Part shown: in pieces, positions 40,423 to 54,820 of the stretch | Position numbering within the stretch: the stretch's first letter is position 1 | Layout of the letters: every line of letters starts with the position of its first letter | Origin: Octopus bimaculoides | Taxonomy: Eukaryota | NCBI RefSeq assembly: GCF_001194135.2 | Contig: NC_068985.1 | Span: 38,052,026 to 38,116,025, forward strand | Reading direction: 5' to 3' | Length of the DNA stretch: 64,000 nucleotides | The notes under the pieces: model-generated | Seen by the model: only the letters and a program-made list of their open reading frames with translations | What the model was told of the DNA's origin: nothing | Database searches by the model: none | Program-made: the position numbers and the translations under genes

Positions 40423-41776
40423 GTTTGTCTGTCTGTCTCTGTATGCATATACATACACACAAGTAAAATTTCCTCTCTCACCATATATATATATATATAT
40501 ATAGATCGAACCATCTCAAGTGTAACTGCTCGAAATGGTCGAGACGTCAGGTACTTGACTGAAGAAAGAAGGCCACAAATGACCCGTCTTTTTCTTGCCT
40601 GTCCTTCTAATTGTTGTTTCTCTTGTCCGCCTTTGTATCGTCTATCTGTCCAAACGATTTTATTGTCCTGTATTGCGTTTTTGTTCCATATATATATNNN
40701 NNNNNNNNNNNNNNNNNNNNNNNNNNNNNNNNNNNNNNNNNNNNNNNNNNNNNNNNNNNNNNNNNNNNNNNNNNNNNNNNNNNNTACAGGGGTAAAAAAA
40801 AAAATGAATGTTAATTCGCCAAAACGTAGACTTTTGAAATTTAACCCCAAATGTAATTGGCAAAACTATACGCATGTCCATTGTCGTGTGGACGTCTCGT
40901 GTTTAGTTCTGCAAATTATATTTTGCTATGACGGTCACACTGATGAATTGCGGGACATTTACGTATATAATTATATATGTAGTAACAATGAAATCTGATA
41001 TGTGACTGACTAATCATTATATTTTGTATCTTTTCATTTATCTTGCTCGCTTACGCTCTGGCGTTTGCTGAATTTTCGCGAGAACAATCTTTTCTTAGTG
41101 GTCAGACCATATGGGGTCTACTTCTAGCATTTTGGATGTCCACTTAGTGGCCATCCTTCTTTTATGTAATTTATGTACGTAAATGTATCATACACACACA
41201 GACACATATCCTGGAATACGCTTTGCTGCTCTGCAAGGATTATTGATAAAAAATAATATAATGTTTGACGAAAAAATATTGATTCAAAGATTTGTCGACA
41301 ATAACCAACGATATTTGTTGTGATTAAATCTAGATCGTCTCATTAACTTACTAATTATTATTGGTGATAGTTTGGCTTAAACGATCCATTCTTCTATTCA
41401 CCAATATTCAAATATAACTCCACACAAACGTATTTCATAACTTTTCGTTTAGTTTATTCAGCCTAATATTTATTTACACCTGTAACAATGTACTTCTCTA
41501 TATTATACTTTTCTCCTCATCCCCCTATTTCTTTCACTCTTTCTCTTCTCTCCCTCTCCTTCTGTTTACCCCCTCTCTCTCACTATGTCTTAATCCCTCT
41601 CTCTTTCACACACACTCTCGCTCACTCTCTCCTTCGGTCTCTGTATATCTTTCTCCCTCTCTCAATCGTTCGACTAGTCTACTGATTTTGCAAGTTTACG
41701 TCAACACTGATTTTCATTTCCACGTGTGTGCATAACTGTGTGCGTGTGTATGTGTGTGCATACATGCAAATAAAGA

Positions 41777-41814
<38 letters not shown>

Positions 41815-41985
41815 ATATATATACCCGTTCTCTCTATCTCACACATCATACAGGCGCGTGTCACATTATAGATTTATAAGTATATTAAATATATATATAT
41901 ATATAATATATATTTTTATACATACACACACGCATAAATGTACATATTCACTAAAGCATCTTAATGTGTATCATTTTGCGTAAGC

Positions 41986-42040
<55 letters not shown>

Positions 42041-44089
42041 NNNNNNNNNNNNNNNNNNNNNNNNNNNNNNNNNNNNNNNNNNNNNNNNNNNNNNNNNNNN
42101 NNNNNNNNNNNNNNNNNNNNNNNNNNNNNNNNNNNNNNNNNNNNNNNNNNNNNNNNNNNNNNNNNNNNNNNNNNNNNNNNNNNNNNNNNNNNNNNNNNNN
42201 NNNNNNNNNNNNNNNNNNNNNNNNNNNNNNNNNNNNNNNNNNNNNNNNNNNNNNNNNNNNNNNNNNNNNNNNNNNNNNNNNNNNNNNNNNNNNNNNNNNN
42301 NNNNNNNNNNNNNNNNNNNNNNNNNNNNNNNNNNNNNNNNNNNNNNNNNNNNNNNNNNNNNNNNNNNNNNNNNNNNNNNNNNNNNNNNNNNNNNNNNNNN
42401 NNNNNNNNNNNNNNNNNNNNNNNNNNNNNNNNNNNNNNNNNNNNNNNNNNNNNNNNNNNNNNNNNNNNNNNNNNNNNTATATATATATATATATATATCT
42501 TATTTTTTTCTTAAGCGATTATTTAGCAAGTAGGTATTACCTATTTTACACTTTACTGTAAAACATTCATAACGCCGAACTGACGTAGAAGCCTCTTAGC
42601 AGACGCTCGTATTGCTAGAAATCATAATCTCTCCCCACTTAAATAAGAGAAGGCAAAGGAACATATACTTTTTGATGACCGTAAAAGGACTGGTTAATTA
42701 CAGAATAAATTCCCATAATCGATTAGTGTTCATATGAGTTTAAACAACGACAATATACGCAGCGTTGCGTCTTATTCGTTTGCTAGACAATATTCTTCTT
42801 CTTTGAAGATCAGTACAGTTAACTTGCTGCGATGTTTTGTTTAATCTCAACTAACCCCTAATCATGCAGATTATCCTCTTTATTTTTTCAGACCTATTTT
42901 AATCTCCATCTATGTAAGCCATACACAATGTGTCCTTGTTAAGTTAGTAAAGTGTGAAGCGATAGAGATTTTGATTGTTGCTTCTAGCACGTCGGGAGAC
43001 CACGTGGAGGCTCTCTGATCGCATTGTTATTTAGACATACTTTTCCTTTTTACTACTGTAAAGCTGTTATGACTTCCGAAAAGAATAACTGATCCTGCTT
43101 AGAAACTGAAAGTAACTTTAACATAACTGTAGCATGCGTATACACATGAATCAATCTATCCATCTATACATACATATGCAAGCACCCACACATACAGACC
43201 CACAAACACACATGCACGCACTCATGTACACAGACACATATATACGAGATAATTTAAACATGGTTTCTTGAATTGCAAATCAGTTAATGGAAAATACTCA
43301 CACATAAGAGGAACATTAGATTATTTTACGACTCTTTGTAAAACTCAAATTAGACAAAATGTAAGGCTTCTGTCCGCTTTAAAGTGAAGCATCACGTTGT
43401 TTTAATTATAATTGGTCTTGATTTGTTTGTTCTGAATTCGCTGGCTTTAATTATGTTTGTCTGAAGCTACCGATATCTTCATTGATTCCGCGAGTAATTA
43501 TAACAGGGTAGAGAAAGAGCGATACAGAAGGAGAGAAGAAAGCATGTTGAGATAGGAAAATAAGTGGAAGAAATGAAGGAGAAAATGCGAAAGAAAGAAA
43601 AAAAAATGAGTGAGGTAATGAGGGGAGGAAGCTAAAGTGCATAATGACAGTAAAAAACTTGAGTATAAAAACATTGACTCAATGAGCAAGTTATCATACG
43701 ACAAAATGTTGTCTTTGTCTCTGGTGAGTTCTGATCAAGAGATTTGTGATCGAAAGTATTCCAACCATAACCATCCAAATTTTATTTCAGATAATGTATC
43801 TGGGACTATATTGTTCTACATGCCGTTTTGTAAGACGGTAGAGTGTAGTTTGAGGGCTATTTCATTATTATTTATACCATTTTTAGTTACTAAGTCGGTG
43901 ATTCCGTGTTGTTACTCATATGACAAATGAAGACTGAGAATAGAACTATTTGAGAAAGAACGAAGAGAAAATTAAGAAGGCTGTGAGAATGGAATGAAAA
44001 GCATGTCTGAAAGGAAGTGACGAGGAATAAATCTCATTTATAGGAAGAGTGAGAATATATGGCACCATATGTACCGAATTTGATTCAAA

Positions 44090-45030
44090 GGACTGCGCGA
44101 AAAGCGCGATTACAAATTGTCCGTGACACACCTTCCCATATGCTGGTTCTGCAGTACTTGGGAATGAGGAGCATGAGAATCAAGGTATGAGACAACGTTA
44201 ATGATATTGACCTCTGGTTAGTGGTCATCTTCGTGACAGTATAAGTGGATGGATAGTACTCAGAAGTCCTCATACCTCTGCAAAACCACAATGCAATGTC
44301 AAAGCAACATAAAAGCAGCAAACAGGAATACGTTACAGCTCAGTATCTTAGACGAACTAGCTGCTGTACATGTGGCAGCAAAACTCATATAAGGGCTCTC
44401 TACACAGAAAGCCAAAAAGAACAGAAGCAATAGCAATAAGCACAAGTGATGGAGGGTGCCGGTCCTAAAGTGACACCATGCACAACTAGTGACTTAGGAA
44501 ATAGTATTGTCCCGTACTCATTGCCCGGAGAGAACTACGAAATTCAAGTATCGATTTTTCCAGTTACAACTGGCGAAAGCAAAGTCGATGAGAGTCGTCC
44601 ACAACAGCAACCCTAAACACGGCAGGGAGTAAGTATCCGGAAGCACCCTTTCATAGCTGTATACCACTACATCAACTTACGAATATGGGGACCAGACCAA
44701 GGCCGATACAAATTCTTTGAGAAAAAGGAAGATGACTCGACAAATGAAAAAGAAATTGAAATAAAAAATGTAATAGAAAATGCAGGAATGGGTACACTTC
44801 TGTGTAGTGGAGAAACTTTTTTCTAGGGAAGATCTCATCTATAATGATAATAAAAACGAAAACCCATAAACTGTGAGGAAGAAATAGCCTCCTGCTTGAA
44901 AGAAATTAAATCCGCAGCTCTTTACAAAACTGACGTGCTTTTAATAATCCATTTATTCGGAAAGCACCAAGATTTCCCAGACGAAGAACAAGTCGAAAAG
45001 AAAATAGGCAAACTTTTAAAAAAATACAAA
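44090..45030 (+). mobile_element. Decayed retroelement ORF1/gag-like segment with zinc-knuckle remnant
   Basis: 44362-44403 reads CCTCGSKTHIRALY (C-x2-C-x4-H-x4-C with the last Cys as TAC) within a GC-richer, A-rich sense-strand block interrupted by stops. Confidence 0.4.
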
Positions 45031-45042
45031 ACACAAAATATT

Positions 45043-45260
45043 CGTTTCAAGTTCTGGCACTAGGACAGCAATTCTGGGGGAGGAGTTGAGTCGATAACAT
45101 CGACCTTAGTGTTCAACTGGTACTTATTTTATCGACCCCGAAAAGGATGAAAGGCAAAATCAACCTCGGCGGAATTTGAATTCTGAACGTAAAGACGGAC
45201 GAAATACAGCTAAGCATTTTGCCGGACGTGCTAACGGTTCCACCAGCTCGCTGCCTTACG
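45043..45260 (-). mobile_element. Family A SINE
   Basis: Reverse-complement match to the 12635 copy over head, body and tail. Confidence 0.8.
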
Positions 45261-46894
45261 AGGAGTACGATGTGGTACTTGTCGGGTAACAGGACGTAGG
45301 CTCTCATATGCCAACTGGAACTTAAGAGCTTCTCACGAAATCTGAAATTCTGAAATCCTCAGCTACGAAGAATATTAGAATTAATTTGCGAACGTACATC
45401 ATTCTCTTCGACTCTTCCTGTTGTATGATTATAACACTTCTTTCTTTTGTTAATAAATTCATAACATTCGCATAATTTTCAGTAATATGAAAGACTGTTA
45501 TTATGTATGTAAGTGTAATCTTTCTTAGCTAAAGCAGCGCAGTCTGAAATCCGTTGCAATCAACGAACCTTCGCGTGTTTGCAGTTATTTAACGAGTTCT
45601 GTACGATTACATTCTTTTGGTAGTCTCTATTTGGAAAGCTCTTGATTTTATACCGCAATCGAGAATCATTCTATACATCTTTGAGTCGTGCACTTCTCAG
45701 CCAGAAAATTTATCTTTTTTTCCATTCTATTCAGTAATTTTTTTTTTCAGGTACTAACCATATAGGGATTTTCACGCCATTGTTTTAGCATGCATTGTGT
45801 AGTCCGACCTAAAGTTATATTTTGACGTTTTCTAATTTCAATTGTTATTTTCCCATTATTCTCGCAACTGTCAATTCCTTACGCTCTTCTTTTAGTTTTG
45901 TTGGCTTCCTTCTACACAGAGGAGATTCTCTTCGGTTAGTCTGTTTTGTAGCCATTTATATTGTTTCATTGCTCTTAACAAAAGTATATTTATAACTCTA
46001 CAGTGGATATTTTATCGAAGATTTTCAATTGCATTAGAACTTACCTTTCTATGTTCGTGGTAAATATGATCGTTCTGTAAAAAGATTTTGAGTAATGTGA
46101 CATAAATGCACTCATTAAAAAAAAGTCTCTGTCTAGTTTTATTGCTAATCATCAAATATAATATTTTAAAATATAATAGAATATTGTATTAGAACTTTAT
46201 AAAAATATATAATTTTATTACTAGTTCAACTAGCGTATTAATGCCTATCGCTTCATACAATTTATATTTAAATCCTGTTAAAATCCTCCTTAAATATATA
46301 TTTTTTATTTTTGCGAGTTGTACTGAATCGTTCAATAATTACCAAGTATTACTAATAGTTATCTGTATTTTATTACTTATACAAGCCTGTGTCTGGTTCA
46401 ACTTTCTTAACTCCGTGTATCAAAGCTAATTATTACTAGTCTTAGTTAAATTAATTTAACCTATTTTCAAAGTTGTCGCGGCTCATTTTTCAAATTCGAT
46501 ACTCATATCAATTTCTTTAGCAACTCTGTGTTCTGTTTGCAGTGATGTTTCTAGTTGTTTAAGATCTATAGCGTACAAATTGAGATGTTCCAATTAGAAA
46601 AAGATGTTTATGTCAACCCATGGTATTTGTATCTGGATTCTGTTTGGTTAAGCATTTTGCTTTAAAATGTAAGAACCAGACAGAAAGGGAATTAAAATAC
46701 AATTCTCGGATGTTTTACAGTAGCAATATATAGAGATCTAGTGATGGGTAAGAGCGATGACTTTCTCGAGAAAGCCCTAGACGTCGACAGGGATGAATTA
46801 TCTGGTTGTTTTGGAGGACCTTCGGGCCCGGTACTACCATAGATAACGTCCAGAAATCCCTGGCCAAAATCTGAAATCATTGTTGTCGCCATCA

Positions 46895-47530
46895 TTAAGG
46901 CAGCGAGCTGTTAGAATCTTTAGTACAACACCTTTCAGTATTTCGTACGTCTATACTTTCTGAGTTCAAATTCTGCCATAGTCGACTTTGCCTTTCAGCC
47001 TTTCGGGGTCAATAAAGAGGTGCTAGTTAAACCCTGAGGTTTACTAGCTCCCCTTTCTCTAAATTTCAGGCCTTGTACCTATAAGAGAAAGGATCATTAT
47101 TATTATCATCAGAGTGGCGAGCTGGCTGAACCGTTCGCAAGCCGGACAACTTGCTTTTGCGGCATTTCGTCTATTTCTACGTTCTGAGCTCAAATTCCCC
47201 CGTAGTTGACTTTGCCTTTCATCCTTCCGGAGTCGATAAAATTAGTACCAGTCAAGTACTGGGGTCGATGTAAAACTACAGGACCTAGTCCAAAATATGA
47301 AACTATTATTATAATTACCATCATCACCTGGGCCGGTTCATTGGCAAAATCGTTAAGAGCATCGAAAAAGATGCATTGTGATATTGTTCCCGCACTTTTT
47401 ACTCTGAGCTCAAATCCCGTCGAGGTAACCTTTGCCTTTTCACCCCCCCCCACCAGAGTTGATAATATTAGGTACCAGTAAAGTATTGGTGTAAATGGTA
47501 TCAACTAAGCACTTTCTCGAAATTATTGAT
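46895..47530 (+). mobile_element. Three head-to-tail family A SINE copies
   Basis: Heads at about 46895, 47112 and 47325, each followed by gagYtcaaatYc...ctttgccttt, separated by short (ATT/ATC)n tails. Confidence 0.75.
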
Positions 47531-48794
47531 CTTACGCCTCAAAGAGAGATTGTCGTTATTAGCATCATCAACAGAAGGAGAGTAAAATAAATTTTAATTT
47601 CTGATATTTTATCATAGCTATTGTTGCTATATTTTTTCCCCTATTTTGTCAACTCTAGTTATTCGATCCCGTCGTAAATATATCACATTCCTTGATCGTC
47701 CTCTTTCTTTCTTGCATATTTTGTTTCTTAGTCGCCATATTGTATTAATATTGACGGTAAATGATATTACGTGAGCTGTTCTGCAGGCGACAATAACCTT
47801 CCCGAAAATGTCCCTCTCTGCCACCATTTGCTAACGAGACAAGGATTTTGTTGCAATGTTTAGGGCCTCAGCCTAGTTAATTACCCATAGGTCAAGGAAA
47901 TGACCTTCCTCCTTGCACTGGGCTGAATTTATTAATACAGATTCTTTACTCCTAAGCATAACATTTTAAAGATATCCCTGACACCTATTTTATATTATTT
48001 TGTTGATAATGTGTATCAGTATTTTTGTCTTCTGTTTTTTTTTCTTTTTGCATGGCGCCAGTCCTGTTTCTGCAGTCTAATCAGAAAGAGGAGATAAGCA
48101 TTAGAAAAAACAGAATGTGAGAGATGGAAGTGGGAGGAGAACTTAGAGGAGGATGAAAACAGAGGGAGTGATTAAGAAGAAATACGAACAACGAGAAGGA
48201 TCTGTATGCGCGCGCGCGTATCTGAATGAGTGATCTGTTTTCTTTAGAACTTAATTCAGGCTTAATTCCGTCATTCCAACTCGAGAAAGTCCTTTCCCCT
48301 CGAGAAAGTCCCCACCTATCTCGTTACTTTCTCTTTTTACTCCCTTCACAGAATATTTTGATTCCACTAACAGAAGACATACTTTTCACCGAATTCCTCG
48401 ATTGATTGGCACACCATGCTGAGAACGACCGTAAAATATGTTTATGTAACCTCATCAACATTTCAAGACTAAAACACTTGCATGCAAGGAATTAGTGCTG
48501 AATGATTAAACAGTTAGGGTCGTCAGACAGTGACCAAGTTTGAAGTGTATCATTTGCGAATAATTCCCTTGCCTACAGCTATGCACTTCATATTTAACAT
48601 AATAAAGACTTCAAACGTAATGACTTCCTTAGATTAATAGATAACTGAAAAAGGAAACCTGTGGCATTCATGCCTCTACCCAAGACAATTGTTAGCATAT
48701 AGTATTATCGAAATCTGTTTACTAAGTAGATTCAACTCAGATGCTATTGTGGACCTGGGCTTATCGTTTCTGTTTGCAATAATAGTATTTTCTT

Positions 48795-49015
48795 AAGGTG
48801 GTGAGTTGGTAGAATCATTAGCACGCCGGGCAAAATGCTTCGCCGCATTTCGTCCATTTTTGCGTACGGAGCTAAAATTCCGCCGCGGTAGACTTTGCCT
48901 TACATCTTTTCGGAGTCGATAAAATATGTAGCAGTTGAACACTAGGAGTCGATGTAATCGACTTACTTCCTCTTCCGAAATTGCTGTCCTTACCCGAAAA
49001 TTTGAAACCAATAAT
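48795..49015 (+). mobile_element. Family A SINE
   Basis: aaggtggtgagttggtagaatcattagcacgccggg...ggagtcgataaaat...aaatttgaaacca. Confidence 0.8.
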
Positions 49016-49241
49016 GGTATTTTTTCGATAGGCTAGAGAAGAGGATGGAACTGAGGCCTGATGATGCTATTACAGTTGTATGAGTGTAATTTAGTCCAAC
49101 AGAAATAACGTAATTTGTTCGAATTGAAACGGAAAATATGAATAGCTATTCCTCCCGAGAAGAGCCTCTCTGCGGTTACTCTACCTGTTAAGAATACGAC
49201 CAAGTATCATTAAAACGAGAGACCTGGGACAATGCAGTTCT

Positions 49242-49282
<41 letters not shown>

Positions 49283-50061
49283 GGAGTGACAGAATTAGTT
49301 ATAGTTACATCCCCTTTAATCATGTGTCTCTCTGAGCAGGGCTGATGGCGTGAGGTTTAAACAAAAATGTAATCATCAGTAAGAACATTAACAAATAGTA
49401 AAACAGTAACATACGAGATCCCCAACTGCTTTTGCTATATATTCAGTTCTATTTGTGCCAGAAACCATATTATTTACCAGTTTGTGTTATGGAAACAATG
49501 TAACATACAAGTAATTAGTTGAGGATAAGCCGTAATATCTCTAGCTGAAAAATTAACTAGGAAAACGGTGATGGGGCTAGCTGTTTATTTAAATACAGCT
49601 AATTTACTCAGAAGTTTCTCTATATACACTCGCATAGAAGCACACAAAATATTTCTCATATATTCTCAAATTATTATTGTTGTTGTTACTGCTACTGTTT
49701 AACCCAGGTCTGCCCTACTCGTGCAAACTGTGATTAAACGTATTCTCGTCGAAACGACGCCAGATAAAATTTGTTCAAGGCTACATTATTCAACCTGCTT
49801 TTATTTTTTTATTGTTTCAAATTTAGGGCGCAATGTTACTTGAGAGAGTTATGACAGTTCTTTCTAGGGTCTTCCACTGAATTTGGATATAAATTTTGCA
49901 TAGGATATACTTACTTTAATCGGTGATCCCACTTTGTGGTGGTTAATCTACATTTTGGTCTTTCAAATGAATGCAGTGGCAATTCGTCAAAACTTTACTA
50001 TAGACCCATGTAAGAAAATGATTTCAGTATCGTAAATACACATAAAACTGACCTACTGCCC

Positions 50062-50275
50062 ATATTGATTTCAAATTTTGGCACAAGGCCAGCAGTTTCG
50101 GGGGAGTGGCTAAATCAATTCTATAGATCCCAGGACTCAACTGATACTTATTGACCCTCGAAAGAGATGAATGGCACAGTCGACCCCGGCGGAATTTGGA
50201 CTCAGAACGTAAAGACGGACGAAACACCACTATATATTTCGACCGGCGTGCTAACGATTCTGGCAGCTCGCCACT
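50062..50275 (-). mobile_element. Family A SINE
   Basis: Reverse-complement match ending gctaacgattctggcagctcgcc. Confidence 0.8.
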
Positions 50276-51119
50276 TTTTCTGCTATATACATTAAATATA
50301 GAAACTATTACCCACATGCAGCAGGTACAATATGTTTGAAGTTTGAGCATTACATAGCCAATAAAATTAGCATTAAAATTTTTAATGGAGAAAGTATACA
50401 ACAGGTTACCTAGAAATGTTCATGCTGTGAGGAATGAATACAGTGAGGAATGAATACACTATAGGTAATGAAGAAAGGTTTCTTTTAAAACTTATTTCAA
50501 AAAGGACAGGAGAGCGCGGTGAACATGTTTCGGTCATATTCTAACCTCATTAGCAAGGAATGGACTTAATGTTCAACGATCAGGATTTATTTCGAATCTA
50601 CTGATTTACAATGAGATGTTATTGTTCGTGTTGTTTACCTCTCAGGCCAGTCTTGATTAAACAAAACTATGATAAAAACCGTTGCAACCGTAATCAACTT
50701 GCATTNNNNNNNNNNATATATGTATATACACACCTATGATTTCATCGTACATTGTTTCTTTCCTTTTCTAAGACGGTAAGCTAATCTGAACGAGATTTCA
50801 CTGCTTTTGGCTCTGGATCCCCAAAGAAGCTTTACGCATTATTAAATTTTACAAAACTCAAACTAGTGATATTTTCTTACTGATAATAACTCTGATTAAT
50901 TGTATTACCCAATTTGTAGACTGCTTACTATGACATCTAACCTCAGCCTTATCTGAAACTACAACTTTAAGCCTTGTCTTAATTATAAGACCCGCAAAAT
51001 GCCCATCGCTTCATTTACTCGCCTTCTTGCACAGGCACACTTTAAACAACAGTTTATCTTTAGAAATATCTACTCTCTCCTTCACTGTGTCTCTCGCCAT
51101 TTTTCTCACTGTCTCCTCC

Positions 51120-51154
<35 letters not shown>

Positions 51155-51245
51155 TTTCTGTATATATATATATATATATAATACCTCCCAGTAACTTACA
51201 ACTTACAGTAGTTTCCTCTATGTGTATATCAACGTATGTATGCGC

Positions 51246-51280
<35 letters not shown>

Positions 51281-53424
51281 TGAGTGAAGGCTTGGTCGTT
51301 TGCACTTCTGTGCTTTTATTTGTGTATAGAAATATGCGTATGTATGTACGTGCTTTTACGAATATTTTATAAGGATATACGTATAACAAACTTCAGCTAG
51401 ATTCGTTTAGCTAACAGCAGCTAAATATGTAGTTCCTTTTAATTAAGTTATCTTTTTAGGTCGAAATGAAGATTACAAGTTAAAAAGTAAATAAATATCA
51501 AAGGCAATGGGGTAGAAATGCAATGCCTACATTAAAAAACAAAATCTCGGGTTGCTAGCAATAAAATAAATAAATTAAGCGATAAAGTAAAATACCCTTG
51601 TTATAAGGTGGGGCTTAATCGGTGAAAATGACTAATGTTATAAAGCGTATAAATGGGGCTTTTGTATACGTATTCCAGCATTGCAGTTGTTCTTGTTGTT
51701 TGTTAATGTTTTACTGCCGAGTGTTAAAGAAGACTATACTAAGACATTCCAGCCACGACCATCCTATCTTTTCATTCAGTCTTATCAAGGGTTCTATTTC
51801 CCAATTTGCTGTTTGGTGTTTGAAGTTTGTAGAATGTGATTTATTGCATGCCATTTGTTGAGGTTAAGTACTGCTATATCTAGCACGTAGTGCAACCACT
51901 TAGAGGTTGATGTTAATCTAGTTACAGTCATTGCTATTGTTACTGTTATTTCTATATTTCATACTATTGTACTATTGTTATCGATTTGAAATTTGAGACA
52001 AATTTGTTCTCTATATACATATAATGAAACAAAGTCAAGAGAAAAAAAAAACTAACATTGTTAATGAGAATCTGAATCAATTATTCATATTATTGATTTA
52101 CTAATTGGTCGGGGTTTATTTTTGCATATTTTCTTTAAGATAAAGTTCACTCTTAGTTTTATCATCTGGATAACACTTCTATCAACAATGAGACAAAGTA
52201 AGAAAGCTTAATTTATGAAAATTAAAAGTAGTAAAGCCACCATGCAATAAATTCGCGGCTATAATCATACTTAATGACTGACTGTTTGATATTTTGGCCT
52301 CTCAGCTGGAAACACCCAAAACTGAAAAATGAACCCATTTTCTGTCCTCAACTATTAGTGACACTTCTATTTTGCCAACATTTGGTTTTAAAGAAAACTA
52401 GAATCAAACCACTTTGTTAACCGATGTCGTAGTTCGTATATTTTCATGACATGTCAAATTGATATTTTAGAACGTATAATACTGCACGATTAGCAGTTTG
52501 TGGCCATTTTATTTACGTTCAATCACGCCGTGCTTCACTTTTTTTTTATTGACCTTTAAATGATTTTGCTAAGTCTCAGAAGAATGTTGCATTTCTTCCT
52601 ACAGAAAAAAGTGCCTTGAATTTGTGTCTGGTCATTTGCACGGTTCTGCACATTAAATATGTAATAATATAGGTGCACACGTTCTTCTCACTCCTCTGGC
52701 AAGAAAGAGCAGAGAGAAAGAATGAGAAAGAGGAAGGAAGAAAGCGAGAGAGGTATTTGTGTGTGAAAGAGAAAGTGAGAGGAGAATATGTGGTAGCTTT
52801 TCCAAATGGTAATGGGAAGCCGTCCAAAATTTCAAAATCCTTTGGCGATGAGAAAGTAGTCCAAAATTGAAATCTATAAGCATCACGTCATCTAATCTTG
52901 CCAGAGATTGATGGAATCTAGTCGTGACAGAAGGAAGGAAGTCTATTGAATCATACACATGCACTCTGACAGTTTTGAACTATCATCTTGAAAGTGGTCA
53001 TGATTATTTTAATAGTACAGAAATTAACAAAATAAAATGCAATGGCAAGATCGTATTTCTTAAGCTTTACGAAAAAAATAAAATAACACAAAACTGTAGG
53101 TTAACGAAATAAGAATATATACAAAAATTAACATTTTTTTTTTTTATGAAGTATAAAGTTATTCTAATTTTTAAGCTGATCTGCTTGCTGTAGCGGGGAA
53201 AAAAATCTTGTAGGATTTTAACGTAAGCCACATTCAAAATATAGAACGTGTCTGATGTCACTAAAGTGCGCAGTTTATCATCGAATAGTATATCCTGATG
53301 TTTACGAAGTGTTACGTAATATTTCCTGGCATGAAACTCCCGCTTAACTGTAGATCTCTTTTAATGGAAAAGCAGTCTGTTTCCTGTTTTCACGCACACA
53401 TATATACGCATTTTCGGATACGTA

Positions 53425-53471
<47 letters not shown>

Positions 53472-53859
53472 TATATGTTTTTACATATGTATTTTCTGTA
53501 CAAATATACGTTACAAGACGTTACATGGTCTGTCGTGAGTAGAGCCACCCTGCATTACAATAACAATTAAAACCTCACACAAATAACAAAGGCAGAGACA
53601 AGGCACATATCAAATTACAGACAGTATGAGATATTTTGCACTTTCATTTGAAGATAACATACAAAGTCCCTGTGACATTAGGTGACATCGCCATATTTTG
53701 ATTACAAAATTGTGTGTGTGTGTGTGTGCGCGCACTAACTCTCTATCTTCAGTTTGGTTTTCGTATCTCTCTTTACCTAATAAAGACATCCTTGGGTCAC
53801 GAAGGGATATGAGATTGTAGGATTGCACCCAGAAAGCTCCCCTCCGACGCACAAGTCCA

Positions 53860-54082
53860 GGCAAGATTGTTTGTGGAATACTAGCAGTCGCCCATGCATA
53901 TCAGTCTCTTCCTTATCCGGGGACCGATGTTGCAATTTATTTCTTCAGCTGACTGAACTGGAGGAACGTAAAAATGGAGTGTCTTGTTCAGGAACACAAC
54001 TCACAGCCCGATCCGGGAATCGAATCCACAACCTCATCATTGTAAGCCCAACTATTCTAACTACTTAACCATTCGCCTGCAT
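53860..54082 (-). mobile_element. tRNA-headed SINE (family D)
   Basis: Minus strand: tRNA-like head (ggttaagtagttag...ggattcgattcccggatcggg) followed by gtgttcctgaacaagacac. Confidence 0.6.
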
Positions 54083-54109
54083 AATATATTGTCATCAACA
54101 TAGGGTAAT

Positions 54110-54490
54110 GAACAAAAGTGTTCGATCACGAATACAAATTAACGAGATGGGATTTCCTACGACGAAACCCTGAAGTAACATTACATCATAGTGTGCGTAG
54201 CTCGGAAATCAGTGAATATCTTGGTGTTGAGTGGTCACAGTTCCAGTACTACGGACATGGAATTAGAATGTCACTAGAGACAATCGCACGACGGGTTGTT
54301 TAAGCGAACCAGCAGGAGACCTAGGAGTAGACCAAGAAAGAGATTGTCGTATTGTATTCATAAGCCTCAGTTGGTCGAACTTCGGAATTCAGTCGGAAAA
54401 TCGATTATAACGGTTGCGTATATGGAAGAGACACCTGAGGACTCTGTATTCACGACCCAACGAAGAGTACTGGGTGGAACAGATGGCTGG
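54110..54490 (+). mobile_element. 3' end of RTE-clade LINE, decayed
   Basis: SQFQYYGHGIRMSLETIARRVV and RRPRSRPRKRL resemble the RTE C-terminal consensus (SQLRWFGHV.RM...R.PRGRPR.RW); followed by a microsatellite. Confidence 0.7.
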
Positions 54491-54558
54491 ATGAATGTGT
54501 GTGTATGTGTGTGTGTGTGTATACACAAACATTTATATATACATATGTATACATTCAC

Positions 54559-54643
<85 letters not shown>

Positions 54644-54744
54644 CGTATACTTTTGTGTATAGTATGCGAATATGTATATGGCTGTATACATAGAAACGAT
54701 ATTGTGTGAAAAATCCTAGACTTTCTAATTGGCACAGTCTCCTG

Positions 54745-54786
54745 TCTTCTTCTTCTTCTTCTTCTTCTTCTTCTTCTTCTTCTTCT

Positions 54787-54817
<31 letters not shown>

Positions 54818-54820
54818 TCT
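54745..54820. repeat. (TTC)n microsatellite
   Basis: Direct reading; produces the poly-S/F/E ORF artefacts. Confidence 0.95.

Noticed and set aside
40520-40590. GGTCGAGACGTC...CTGAAGAAAG hammerhead-like fragments
   Set aside because: GAAA is GAGA, the order is permuted and no stem I or II could be built; at most a decayed Penelope-like terminus.
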